Of a stretch of DNA of 42,578 nucleotides, positions 20,364 through 33,333 are shown piece after piece. Under the pieces are notes generated by a model, which was given only the letters and a program-made list of their open reading frames with translations, did not search any database and was not told the origin of the DNA. A program made the position numbers and the translations under genes. Source of the DNA: Octopus sinensis (lineage: Eukaryota); contig NW_021835232.1 in assembly GCF_006345805.1 (NCBI RefSeq), positions 1-42,578 of the forward strand. The letters are read 5' to 3'. The stretch's first letter is position 1. Each line of letters opens with the position of its first letter.

Positions 20364-20851
20364 TGTAGTTATTACCTATTTCTTTACTACCCACAGAGAG
20401 GACAAACAAGGACAGACAAACGGATTAAGTCGATTACATCGACTCCAGTGCGTAACTGGTACTTAATTTATCGACCCCTAAAGGATGAATGGCAAAGTCG
20501 ACCTCGGCGGAATTTGAACTCACAACGTAACGACAGACGAAATACGGCTACGCATTTCGCCCGGCGTGCTAATGTTTCTGCCAGCTCGCCGCCTGTAGTT
20601 ATTACCTATTTCTTTATTACCCACAAGGGGCTAAACATAGAGGGGACAAACAAGAACAGACATATGTATTAAGTCGATTACATCGACCCCAGTGCATAAC
20701 TGGTACTTAATTCATCGACCCAGAAAGGATGAAAGGCAAAGTTGACCTCGGCGGAATTTGAACCCGGAACGTAATGGCAGACGAAATACGGCTACGCATT
20801 TCGCCCAGCGTGCTAAACGTTTCTGCCAGCTCGCCGCCTGTAGTTATTACC
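20364..20851 (-). mobile_element. Two tandem SINE family B copies separated and flanked by the same 13-bp sequence
   Basis: TGTAGTTATTACC at 20364, 20594 and 20839. Confidence 0.9.
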
Positions 20852-21956
20852 GTCTAGTAAAACAATTCCTTTTCGACATGTAGAAGAGGGGGGAAAGAGG
20901 AGAGAGAGAGGGAGAGAGAAAAAGAGAGAGAGAGAGAGAGAAAGAGAGAGAAAAAGTCGACATTATCGGAAGTGTGTTGACTGGTTCGACTGGTGCATTG
21001 GCATGTAAGGTTCAACAGCTACACTTCCTCTACACAAAGGAGACAGCAGACAGAAGTCTCCAATATCATAGAGAATTAAAGATAAGATACAGTTATATTT
21101 ATAACCAAATGGTGTACGATATCAAGGTCTTTAATTGTTTACCCCTTAAACAAAAATTGTCGGGGTCGAAGGCCATTCGTACCATTGACGGTCATTATAG
21201 TTTGGTCAAGCGATACATTTTTGTACTCACTGACCTTCAGTTTTTCTTTTTCCTTTTTTTTTCTTCGTTTCTTTTTTTTTTTTTGTTTTTCTTGTCTCGT
21301 GATGTATTTCTTCGTTCCTGGTTGGATATACCGCAGTTTCAAATATCTTTAATCTAAACTAAATGCCTTCTCCTCCTTTGTTATTTTTATAAACACCACC
21401 GTACCTATATCACGTGAAACTCGCAGAAATCATATCCCCCGCCTATATATTAGTTGATACACACCCATAATTCTAATTATAGATTACATCGACCTCAATG
21501 TTCAACTGGGACTTATTTCATCGACCCTAAAATGATGTCAAAGTCAAAGTAGACCTCGACGAAATTTGAACTCTTCAAGCCAGAAGACATGCTGCAACAC
21601 GCTCCCATAATTAATTGTGAACCGTCAATATTAATTCGCCACAGCCAAGGAGACAGCTCTGCCTGCGAGAAATAGCAACCAATTCTCACTCAAATCACAC
21701 CCTGGTATCTGGGATTATATTATGTACATGAAGTCATCCTAAATACTTTCCTAAACAAGGGGGGGGGGGTGTGGATAATCGTGGTTGAAATACATTTATT
21801 TCACCTCGGACAAGTGTCTGCTATAGCCCCTGACCGACCAATACCTTGTGACTGAATTTGGTTGACAGAAACTGAGTAGAATCCCGGGTCGATTCTATAA
21901 GCGTTGGTCATATAGTGAAATCAATGCAGGCAGAAGAAAACTGAAGAAAGAAGGAA

Positions 21957-22020
<64 letters not shown>

Positions 22021-22453
22021 TTAATAATAATAATATTGATTTTAACTTTCGTGTAATATCACACGTTTGTATAGTAGCATCTAAGACACATTATACATTG
22101 AATTGAAAGACTTCGACAAAATGAGATTATCTAAGCAATTAGTAAACAAACACTTCCTCTAAGTGTCTAAAAATCTGAGCGACACTGAAGATAACTTTAA
22201 CAAGATCACATGATCAAAATTTCCAACAAACATACACAATTTCCCATTGTAGTGGGTATACAGTACTTACAAGCGACAAAGATACACGACTCTTATGTGA
22301 GTCGTAGCTAAATGCTACAACATATATTGTCCGATGTTCTACCGATTCTTCCAAGTTTGATAATGGTGTCTACCTCTTGGGGATCTTTGTGGTTTTAGTC
22401 ACTGTTTACAATTATCTTTTTAAAACAATTTTTAATGTATCATGGCAAACATA

Positions 22454-22854
22454 GGCGCAGGATTGGCTGTGTGGTAAGTAGCTTGCTTACCAACCACATG
22501 GTTCCGAGTTCAGTCCCACTGCGTGACACCTTGGGCAAGTGTCTTCTACTATAGCCTCGGGCCGACAAAAGCCTTGTGAGTGGATTTAGTTGACGGAAAC
22601 TGAAAGAAGCCCGTCGTTTTATATGTATATGTGTGTGTGTTTGTGTGTCTGTGTTTGTCCCCCCAACATCGCTTGACTACCAATGCTGGTGTGTTTACGT
22701 CCCCGTTACTTAGCGGTTCGGCAAAAGTGACCGATAGAATAAGTACTAAGAATAAGTGCAAAGAATAAGTCCTGGGGTCGATTTATTCGACTAAAAGCGG
22801 TGCTCCAGCATGGCGGTAGTCAAATGACTGAAACAAGTAAAAGAGTAAAAGAGT
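22454..22854 (+). mobile_element. SINE family A, full length
   Basis: Complete head, CORE-like motif, internal microsatellite and tail. Confidence 0.92.
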
Positions 22855-23559
22855 ATCTTATAAATGTAATTTTTGACGCTGAATCAGAATTTGTTATTCA
22901 TTTATTCCAGAAGAATGTTGTAGGTGTTCAAAGTTTGATAATTTTCAGAATTTTCAGCCAATCAGAAAACAGCGCATTCGCTGCCTCCTCCATCATCGGT
23001 GCGGGATGGGGGGGGGTTCAGCATGTCAAAGCATTGCTATTTCCTTTGTACACACACACGCACATACACACATATATTCACACAGAGTTGAAACGCTGTT
23101 TGATTTTCCTTTTCAGCGTTGAATGTTCACCATATCACTTTATTGCATACACACACATTCACATACCTCCCTTTTACATATGTACACATATACTCACACA
23201 GAGTTGAAAAGCTCCCACTACCAGTTTGCCATCACCCCTTCCTTCTTTATACAAGTATCACTCTTTCCTTTCTCATTTATCTATCACTCCTTCTTTCTCA
23301 TTCATATATTGTGACTGAGAAAAACACAAGAATGTTATCATAGTAAGAAGACATCTTTCTCGTTTCTTCTTCTCATCCTTGTGCGCATGCGAAGCATCTT
23401 TGATCATTATGGAAACAGTTTTTCGTCACGGTTATTCTCTTTTCTCTTTTCTCTTTTACTAAATATCAACCAAATCTTTCCCAACTCATATCACACCATT
23501 TGAAAACTAGTACACATTAAACAAATGTAATCCTTGAGGTGTGGGTGGGCTAAATAGAA

Positions 23560-23770
23560 AGGCCAGATCTACATGGTCAAACTACCAGCTAGAAATAACC
23601 AAATCGTTTTCAACTCATAGCCTTACCATTCGGAAACAAGGTCACCTTAGACATTGTAATCCTAGATATGTAATGCCAGGAGGGTGGGAAATAAAAAAAA
23701 GATTGAATTGTTACAGGTGGAACACCTTTGATCGTAGATCAAAGCCTGACCTGGGGTTAAACAGCAAAAA
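23560..23770 (+). mobile_element. SINE-like family C fragment ((AAC)n-type tail); related piece at 40330-40453
   Basis: Shared GGAAC(A/G)C(C)TTTGATC...TGACC.GG...TAA(A)CA.CAA end. Confidence 0.5.
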
Positions 23771-24285
23771 AAAAAAAGATGAAAAAGAATACAACGAAAA
23801 AACAAAAACAATTCAATTCAATTCACAGTTAGTTGCTAATGCGAAAATACATGATAGTTTCATTTATTAATTGTTTTCTTGTCGATTGTTTATCGACAAG
23901 CAGTTGTCTTTCTTTTATAGTTGTCATCACTCTCATATTAAGGACGTAGGCATTTATTTTACAGAACCATCCCTTATATTGCGCCAACAGCAACGATTCA
24001 GGAATTGGGTTATTTTAATAATGGTTTTAAAAAGAGAAAGAAAGAAAGAAAGAAGGAAGGAAGGAAGGAAGGAAGAAAGAAAGAAAGAAACAAAGAAAGG
24101 AAGGAAGAAAGAAAGAAAGAAAGAAACATGCGTTTTATATGGAACGTCCAACCTATCCATAAAATTAATAACGTCCACGTATTCAAACACTAAATTAACA
24201 ACACTAGTGTCTATTCCTCCTTCTCCTCCCACTCCATCCCATCTCTTCTTCTTCTTCTTCTTCTTCTTCTTCTTCTTCTTCTTCA

Positions 24286-24318
<33 letters not shown>

Positions 24319-24772
24319 CCCCCCCTCTTGTGTTTGTTTCAAGTATTATACCATTAGTTGCTATTTCAATTGAGCGATTTCGATTCCCGTTTTCTTATTA
24401 TCATCATTTTCACCACCAACACCACCGCCGCCGCCGCCACCACCACCCAAGCCACCAACACCAACACCACCAAATTCCCACCACCACTACAATCACCACC
24501 ACCATTATTATCATCAACATCATCTTTTGCAAATATTATTCTACAGGATATTGTCACTGTTCCATTCATTGCATCTGGAATGGTTTTTCAGATGTTACAT
24601 CAATGCTTCTGACAAATAAGTGGTTGATTATTCTATGTGCATAAATCCTTTTTTATCTTAAATGGAATTAGTAATTAGTAATGCACAAATTAATTATCTG
24701 TATTGCTCATCACTGAGTAGGAACAATGTGTGAAATTATTATTCAACATAAACAATTCAGTGAATCATTCGC

Positions 24773-24873
24773 ATTACTTACCGGTTTCTACTTAGAACAC
24801 ATAATCATCGTGAACATACGGAGTATGCTCTAAAACACCCAAGGATGCCTTCAAGATTATCATCAGAGAAGCA
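24773..24873 (-). ncRNA. Degenerate type-I hammerhead candidate with long structured domain II
   Basis: CUGAUGA at 24866-24860 and GAAA-CCGGU-A at 24788-24779. Only 2 proximal stem II pairs and a weak stem I. Confidence 0.4.
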
Positions 24874-25158
24874 AGCGATGCTTATGATTATCGTATGAAG
24901 CCTAAAATCTCTGTAGCTGCTCAAATTTCAGCTGGCACTTCTGATCTTTCGAGAAGATCTAGACAAGCATGACAAGATCCGTTTGTCAACCCCTCTACAC
25001 CGAGACACATGAAAGCGGTGCATCACAGGAAAACAGTACAGGGACTTAGTACATAACATGTGTAGAATGCAACTTAATTTTGCTGATAGTAGCTTCGAAG
25101 TTTCGCCGATTGTAGCTTAATCAAACAATAATTTTTTTACTGAACGAATAGTCTATAC

Positions 25159-25450
25159 GAACGGTCCTCAACTAGAATCCATATGATCCATAGCATCCAT
25201 ATAATCCTTGGCGTCCACATGATCTTTGGGGGTTCATATGAGGTTTTGTTGTAAAAACTATATGTGCAATAAATTGGTCACACTTCTACATTGCACAAAA
25301 TATTTAAACATTTTTTAATACAATTCTTCACAATATTTAACCATAAAGATATAATGGGATTTTTTGAAAACATCAAACGGCTAGGAGGGTCCACCCAAGT
25401 AAAATAAGAATCAAAGGGGTCCATAGGCAAAGAATAGTGGTGAACTACTG
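25159..25450 (+). mobile_element. hAT-type MITE (degenerate); partial second copy at 36525-36704
   Basis: Termini resemble CAG..GTTCTCAAC. Flanking octamers GTCTATAC and GACTACAC match at 6/8. GGGTCCATAGGCAAA block is shared with 36670-36704. Confidence 0.6.
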
Positions 25451-25682
25451 GACTACACCAGTGACATGTACATGTTCAATGTTCTTATTGAATATCGCAA
25501 GATGATAGCTACAGGAAAAAAGATGACCCTGGGATGCGAGTCCCAGAGGACTAAACCTCTGGAAAGAAAGAGCTGGAAGATGTGGTTAGTGTGGGACACA
25601 CGGTATAGATGAGAAAGAGGGATGGATTAGTGTTACGAGAGTGTCCGAAAGGATGTGGTAGAGCCGTTGTATTTGCGGTAAG

Positions 25683-26320
25683 GCGCAGGTGCGATGAGAA
25701 GTTTGATTTCCAGCCACAAGGTTTTGGGTTCAGTCCCACTGGCGTGGAACTTTAAGTAAGTGTCTTTTGGACCGACTAAAATCCTGTGAGGGGATTAGGT
25801 AGACAAAAACTGAAAGAAGCCCGTTGTATTTGTGTGTGTGTAAGTGTGTGTGTGTGTGTGTGTGTGTGTGTAAGTGTGCCTGTGTGTGTGTCTTTGCCCC
25901 CCACCACAGCTTAACAAGTGATGCTGGTGCGTTTACGTCCCTAGTCTGGTGCTAGCAGCTACAGTAATCCCAGTTCCGATCGCGCATATTGAGATTGTTG
26001 CATATCTATGTATGTGCGTGTGCGTGTGCGTGCGTGTGTGTGTGTGCGTGTATGTGTGTATGTGTATGTGTGTGCGTGCGCGTGTGTGCGTGCGCGTGTG
26101 TGCGCGCACGTCTTTGTATTTGTGTTCGTTGCCTCTCTCACAACCACTTGGCAATAGGTTTTGTTAGTTTGTTTTTGTCTCCTCAAGCTAACGGTTCGAC
26201 AAAAGAATCGATAGAATAAATACTAGTCTTTGTAAAAATGTACAGGAGCCGATTTTTTCGACCAACACTCCAATGTGGTGCTCCAGTAGGGCTGCAGTCC
26301 AATGACTAAAACAAGTAAAA
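25683..26320 (+). mobile_element. Diverged SINE family A interrupted by microsatellite-rich sequence
   Basis: Head and GAAAGAAGCCCG at 25683-25830. The 3' tail CTCCAGTAGGGCTGCAGTCCAATGACT lies near 26280-26310. Confidence 0.7.
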
Positions 26321-27311
26321 AAAAAATTAAAAGAATTTAGAGAAAAGGAGAGAGTTCGAGAAAGCAGCCAGATTCATCATGCCTAAACACGGCCCTGTAT
26401 GTACCACTCTGGACTTGCCTTATCGATAGTTTGTTACGAAGTGGGAATCGTTGAATCGCTCTTTCAGAAGAATATTAAAAGTAGGCAGTACTATAAGGGA
26501 GTCGCTATGAGAGCGTGTATGCGTGTATGTGTGTTCATGCATGCATATATTAATTTGTGTGAGTGTAGTGTTCATATGTACGTATGTATGCATGTATGTA
26601 TGAATGTATGTATGTATGTATGTATGTATGCTTGATGTATGTATGTATGTGTGTGTGTATGCATGTATGTATGCATGCATGCATGTATGTATGTATGCAT
26701 GTATGTATGCATGTATGTATATATGCATGTATGTATGTATGTATTATGTATGTATGTATACATGCATGCATGTATGTATGTATGTATGCATGTATGTATG
26801 TACGTATGCATGCAAGTATGTACGTATGTATGTATGCATGTATGTATGTGTGTAGGTATGTATGTATGTTATGTTATGTATGCATGTACATGTAATATCT
26901 CTGCGAGCAGATGCACACAGTATGTATGAACTTATTTATGTATGGTTTATGCATGTATGTATGATTTTTCTTTGAGTTTGATTCAAGTTCTTCTTGAGAG
27001 AGTTCAAACCGGTTGCTAACAAAGCGACAAGATCTTTTGTAGTTAAGAGAGTTTCCGGTGTTTTTGAATATATAGTTGAGTTTGTGTTGGTTGAGCGGTC
27101 GATGCACACATCCAAGCGTGCGCAACTATTCACATAGGAATTTCAAACGGAGAATTTTTGGAATGTCTTACAAATCTTCACTGTGACACTAATAGATTGG
27201 ATTTGGAGAATCTGCGTCAGTTTCTTTTGCTTTTTCTTCGCGAAACCGAGTACTTCTAGGTTTTTGTGCCAATATGTTGGTACATAACCTAACACACTTA
27301 TGATGATAGAT

Positions 27312-28556
27312 CTATTTATCTATATATCTAGGTCGTACCACGGGACGCCCCAAGATTGTTTCCACACGTTTTCCCCATTCATCTCGATCTTCCATGATGG
27401 TCCTCAGCTCCTGTATCCCTTCCATACCAATATTTTTCAGCAAATTGTCGATACAGGTCGTCTTCCTCCTTCCTCTCCTGGTTCTTCTTTCAGTTGGTTA
27501 CTAGAGCACTAGCTTGTTAGCAATTTCATCAAGATGATACTTAACCGAATACAACCTAAGACAGACAAATAATTGCGACCAAATCAAAATGGATTCAGAT
27601 CAGGACGGTCAACATCTCACATTGTCGCACTTTGGAGACTGATAGAAGGCTATCATTATCTATGTAGACTTCAAAAAGGCTTTTGATTCAGTACATAGAG
27701 GAATGATGATGAAAATACTTAAAGCATATGATATTCCACAAGAATTCTGAGAGCAATAAGTTGTATGAGAACACCAGAGCAAAAGTGACCACTCCTGATG
27801 GAGAGACGGAATACTTTGAAGGCAAAGCCGGAGTATTACAAGGCGACACGATAGCACCTTATCTCTTCGCTATTGTTCTGGGCTATTTAATGCGAAGAAC
27901 GCACGAGGGCAAGAAAGAAGAACTGGGATGCAAACTGCATAGGCAAAGAAGTAGACGGCATTGAGCAGTGACAGTAACTGACCTAGACTATGATGATGAC
28001 CTGGCATTACTAACAGAGAGGACAGATCAGGCACAGGAGGTGCTGAGCAGTTTAGAGCAGGAATCGGGGGAGGTAGGATTGTACTGCAATGCAAAGAAAA
28101 CAGAGCTGCAATTATTCAACGACGAAATGTCTGTGTCAGTGAAAGTGGGAGACGGTAAGTCGCTCAAGGTAGTTGAAAATTTCAAATACCTTGGTGCGTG
28201 GACACAAAGTACTGAAAAGACATCATAGCAAGGAAAGTTCTTACCTGGAGTGCATGCCATAAACTGAGAAAGGTATGGAGTTCAAAGTTAGTAAGGAAAT
28301 TGAAAGTGAGGTTGTTTCTGGCAACAGTGGATTCTGTTCTTCTATACAGAGCTGAAACATAGACGCTCACTAAGGCATTGAAGAAGCAGTTGGACGGTTG
28401 TTATACGAAGATGCTTAGAATGGCACTCAGTGTCTACTGGAAGAGTCATACAACAAACGCCGACTAATACCAGGGACTATCAAAAGTAACATTGAAAATA
28501 CAGCATAGAAGGATGAGGCTAGCTGCACACTGCATCAGACACACCGATGATGATTA
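27312..28556. pseudogene. RTE-clade LINE remnant: RT region on + (27520-28556) and its 3' end on - (27520-27312)
   Basis: Plus strand: NQNGFRSGRST, YVDFKKAFDSVHR, GVLQGDTIAPYLF, DLDYDDDLAL, ENFKYLGAW, RRMRLAAHCIRH. Minus strand: NKLVL..P..RTRRGR.KTTCIDNL...MEDRDEW. Confidence 0.92.
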
Positions 28557-28842
28557 GATGCACATGAAAGAATTTATAGTCAAAGTAGGTATGTATGTAC
28601 GTATGTGTGTATGTATGTATGTATGTATGTATGTATGTATGTATTATGTATGTATGTATGTATGTAGGCAATCATTACCCTGCTGATTTGATCCTCGGTG
28701 GAGATGTCGGACTTCAAATCACTTTGAGCGTTACTAAGTTTCTACATTGAGACTCTGCCGATCACATCTGTTGACTCTATGTATGTATCTATGTTTATGT
28801 ACCTGCGTGTGCACGAGTAGACGCGCGCGCGCTTTTGAGTAT

Positions 28843-29031
28843 TCTTTTACTTGTTTCCGTCATTTGACTGCGGCCATGCTGGAGCACCGCCTTTAGTCAA
28901 ACAAATCGACCTCAGGATTTATTCTTTGTAAGCCTAGGACTTATTCTATCGGTCACTTTTGCCAAATCGCTAAGTTACGGTGACATAAACACGCCAGCAT
29001 CGGTTGTCAAGCGATGTTGAGGCGACAAACA

Positions 29032-29127
<96 letters not shown>

Positions 29128-29675
29128 ACCACTGGGCCATTGCGCCTCCACTCGCGGTCGTAGGATCGCGGTTTCGATTCCCAGACCGGGCGTTGTGAGT
29201 GTTTATTGAGCGAAAACACCTAAAGCTCCACGAGACTCCGGCAGGGATGGTGGTGATCCCTGCTGTACTCTTTCACCACAACTTTCTCTCACTCTTACTT
29301 CCTGTTTCTGTTGTACCTGTATTTCAAAGGGCCGGCCTTGTCACTCTCTGTGTCACGCTGAATATCCCCGAGAACTACGTTAAGGGTACACGTGTCTGTG
29401 GAGTGCTCAGCCACTTACACGTTAATTTCACGAGCAGGCTGTTCCGTTGATCGGATCAACCGGAACCCTCGTCGTCGTAACCGACGGAGTGCTTCCACCA
29501 TATATACACATACATACATACATACATACATACATACATACATACCACGGGCTTCTTTCAGTTTCCGCCTAACAAATCTACACACAAGGTTTTTGCCCAA
29601 TGTGCCACGCTGTTGGAGTGAACCCAGAACTATGTGGTTTGGAAGCAAGCTTCTTAACGCAGCCACTCCTTCGCC
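28843..29675 (-). mobile_element. SINE family A host, split at its internal microsatellite by a nested SINE
   Basis: 3' part at 28843-29035 and 5' part at 29527-29675. Confidence 0.88.
29126..29500 (+). mobile_element. tRNA-derived SINE (head H1 + tail T1) with its first 25 nt inverted
   Basis: 29126-29150 is the reverse complement of the head start. TSD TATATACACA(TA) at 29116 and 29501. Confidence 0.9.
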
Positions 29676-29918
29676 TTCATGTGCGTATTTAGCTATGAGC
29701 TAGTCGATGGTCAATAGAAGAAAACGTGTAAGAAATACAGAGGCCTTCAATAGGGAAAAAAGAACGAACACACGCACAGAGAAAAAAAGGTTAAATAGAA
29801 TTAAAGACGTTATTGAGGAGAGAGAGGGGCAGACAAAGAAATAAGAGGGAACAGAGAGCGACATGCTGGAAAATGAAAAACAGCAACGAAAGGGAAAACC
29901 TGAGATAGATAGATAGAT

Positions 29919-29997
<79 letters not shown>

Positions 29998-31430
29998 ATG
30001 TGTGGTAGATGGGGGCGAGAAAGCATTAGTTGGTCGAGAATATGAGGGAATATGAAAAACAAACAAGGGAATTATTATTGGTTATAAAGGGAGATAAAAA
30101 GGACCAGAAAGAAATGGTTGTACGCTGGAGAGACTTGTGAGTTAGTTATTTCGGAGTATTTTTTATCATTTTTTGCTTTTTTTGTTCTATTTTTCTTCTT
30201 CCTTTTTATGATTCATTTCATTGTTGTTGTTTTTTTTCTTTCTTTGGCTTTTCTTTTTCTTGTTGTTGCCTTGTTTATTATTGTATTTATTTATTTTTAA
30301 TCGAAAGGCTCAAAGTGAATATTAAGAAAGAAACATACTGGGCGAATAAGTAGGTGAAGGTATCATAAATCGGTCTCAATTGTATATGGCATTTAAGTAA
30401 TGCTTGGCAAAGGACCAAGCCGTCACGCCTCACTGATAATAGCAGAGTGTCAAAGGCAATCAGGCATGACAACCACAAATAAAAAAGGGGATTGACTGGC
30501 TTGAATTGGAGAGCTAACGGACGACTGGGTTTAAGTTTACCCATCGGCTAAAAACACACCACCACCAAGTTGAGAGAAGCAATAAGAGTTTAGAGAGTAA
30601 GTGAAAGAAGGTGAAAGCTTTAAAGGAGAAAAGAAGTAGGTAGAGGAGATATGAAAAGGGAGGAGGTAGTGAACTGAAGAAAATGAAGAAATCAGACGAT
30701 TGATGAGTGAAGCCGTTTACAACACTCAAAATATTAATGGGAGAATGGATGGGGAACAATTAAAAAAAAAACCTAATAAATTATGCCACAAAAAATATTG
30801 ACATTCAATGCAGAGGTCAAGGTTTCGAAAATTTTATTCTTTTCATAATTCATTTCTCTTTATATTTTTTTATATATTTTCAATTTTTGTTTTTGATATG
30901 TTTATGATGTATTTTATTAGTTTTCATTGATATATTTTCTTTTATATATTTATATTTCAATACATTATTTATTTATTATTTTGTTTTTCTTTCACTACTT
31001 TTTGCGATTTATCGAACTATTCTTGTTTGTGTGTGTGTGTGTGTGTGTGTGGTTTTTTTTTGGGGGGGGGGCTTTGTTTTTTTACATTTTTAGTTTGCAT
31101 TTTATATAAATTGAAAAACAATGATCAAACTTTTAACGAGAACAGATTTGAAATTAAAAACCATCAGTTATCCCACCAAGTACAATAGTAAATCTACCCG
31201 CATGCAAAAATCTTAGTACCCGACCACGTGAAACGCTTTACCGAACAAAACACGAGAAAAAAAAGGAAGAAAAAATATATACAAAGAAACGAAAGAAAAA
31301 AAATTAAATAGGAAATAATAAAAACGTGAAGTAGGGGAGGTCAAAGGTAAGGCAAAAGAGTAGGGGTAGAGAGAGAAAGCAGGAGACCTCAGAAAGAGTG
31401 GATAAATAGGGAAAAATATGGAAAACGTGA

Positions 31431-31518
31431 AAAAAAAAACCCCAAAGAAAACCTAATGAATAATTTGAGTTGTAGAATCGACATCCCCCTCTCTCTTACT
31501 CTCTCTTTCTATCAATAC

Positions 31519-31576
<58 letters not shown>

Positions 31577-31584
31577 TTGTCTGC

Positions 31585-31624
<40 letters not shown>

Positions 31625-31697
31625 TTCCCTATCTATCTATTTGTGTGTCCCTATCTATCTGTCTGTCTGTCTATCTATCTGTCTATCTATCTATCAG

Positions 31698-31740
<43 letters not shown>

Positions 31741-31794
31741 ATCTATCTATGTGTCCCTATCTATTTGTCTGTCTATCTGTCTATCTATCTATTG

Positions 31795-31838
<44 letters not shown>

Positions 31839-31879
31839 GTATGTCTATCTATGTGTGTGTGTGCACCTATCTATCTATG

Positions 31880-31952
<73 letters not shown>

Positions 31953-32527
31953 GCTTATCTATCTACTTATCTATCTATCTATCTCTATTGTTTCTGATAA
32001 TAAAAAAAAAACGAAAAAAGATGAGAATAAAAAGAGAAAATAGAACATAATGGAATAAAGTGAAAAAAAAGTAAAGAAAAACGAGGTGAGGAAAGAGTAA
32101 AGAGAGAGAATGAATGCAAAATAAAAAGGAAGAAATGAAGAGCAAAAATATAAAAAAAAAGGAAAACAGGAGATCAAAGTTAGCAAAAAAAAAGGAAAAC
32201 AGGAGATCAAAGTTAGCAAAAAAAAAGGAAAACAGGAGATCAAAGTTAGCAAAAAAAAAGGAAAACAGGAGATCAAAGTTAGCAAAAAAAAAGGAAAACA
32301 GGAGATCAAAGTTAGCAAAAAAAAAGGAAAAATGGAGGGAGGATAAACGATAAAGAAAAACTATGGAAATAAAAGGAAAAAAAGAGGAAAGAGGAAAAGA
32401 AAGAAAATGCTAGCGAGAGAAATAATAAAGAAAAAGAAAAAAAAAAAAACCCCAAAGAAAACCTAATGAATATTTGAGTTGTAGAATCGACATCCCCCTC
32501 TCTCTTACTCTCTCTTTCTATCAATAC

Positions 32528-32573
<46 letters not shown>

Positions 32574-32596
32574 TATCTATCTATCTATTTGTCTGC

Positions 32597-32636
<40 letters not shown>

Positions 32637-32811
32637 TTGTCTGCCTATCTATCTATCTATTTGTGTGTCCCTATCTATCTGTCTGTCTGTCTATCTATCT
32701 GTCTATCTATCTATCAGTCTATCTATCTATCTATTCTATCTATCTATCTATCTTTCTATCTATCTATGTGTCCCTATCTATTTGTCTGTCTATCTGTCTA
32801 TCTATCTATTG

Positions 32812-32853
<42 letters not shown>

Positions 32854-32892
32854 ATCTATCTATCTATCTATTTGTGTGTCCCTATCTATCTG

Positions 32893-32963
<71 letters not shown>

Positions 32964-33333
32964 GCTTATCTATCTACTTATCTATCTATCTATCTATCTA
33001 TCTCTATTGTTTCTGATAATAAAAAAAAAACGAAAAAAGATGAGAATAAAAAGAGAAAATAGAACATAATGGAATAAAGTGAAAAAAAAGTAAAGAAAAA
33101 CGAGGTGAGGAAAGAGTAAAGAGAGAGAATGAATGCAAAATAAAAAGGAAGAAATGAAGAGCAAAAATATAAAAAAAAAGGAAAACAGGAGATCAAAGTT
33201 AGCAAAAAAAAAGGAAAAATGGAGGGAGGATAAACGATAAAGAAAAACTATGGAAATAAAAGGAAAAAAAGAGGAAAGAGGAAAAGAAAGAAAATGCTAG
33301 CGAGAGAAATAATAAAGAAAAAGAAAAAAAAAC
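31431..33333. repeat. ~1-kb tandem duplication containing compound (TATC)n arrays and A-rich sequence
   Basis: Unit starts at 31431 and 32441 (CCCCAAAGAAAACCTAATGAA...GAATCGACATCCCCC). The first unit carries five 33-bp subrepeats, the second one. Confidence 0.92.
32161..32325. repeat. 33-bp minisatellite, 5 identical copies
   Basis: GGAAAACAGGAGATCAAAGTTAGC+A9 at 32161, 32194, 32227, 32260 and 32293. Confidence 0.95.

Noticed and set aside
23871-24644. Longest ORF (257 aa)
   Set aside because: Held open by (GAAA), (CTT), (CTA) and (CAC) repeats, with no recognisable protein features.
24776-24782. Strong donor-like CG/GTAAGT on the minus strand (also AA/GTAAGT at 1470-1464)
   Set aside because: The first overlaps the ACCGGUA stem III of the HHR candidate. 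The second has no usable upstream acceptor before the (TA)n.
24960-25110. Possible piggyBac C-terminal cysteine-rich remnant (KRC...TCVECN)
   Set aside because: Needs frameshifts, key cysteines are missing, and no TTAA/TIR was found.
32114-32353. ORF with (KKKENRRSKLA)n, and the 33-bp repeats as a possible CRISPR array
   Set aside because: The repeats are head-to-tail with no unique spacers, there are no cas genes and the context is eukaryotic. The ORF exists only because 33 is a multiple of 3.
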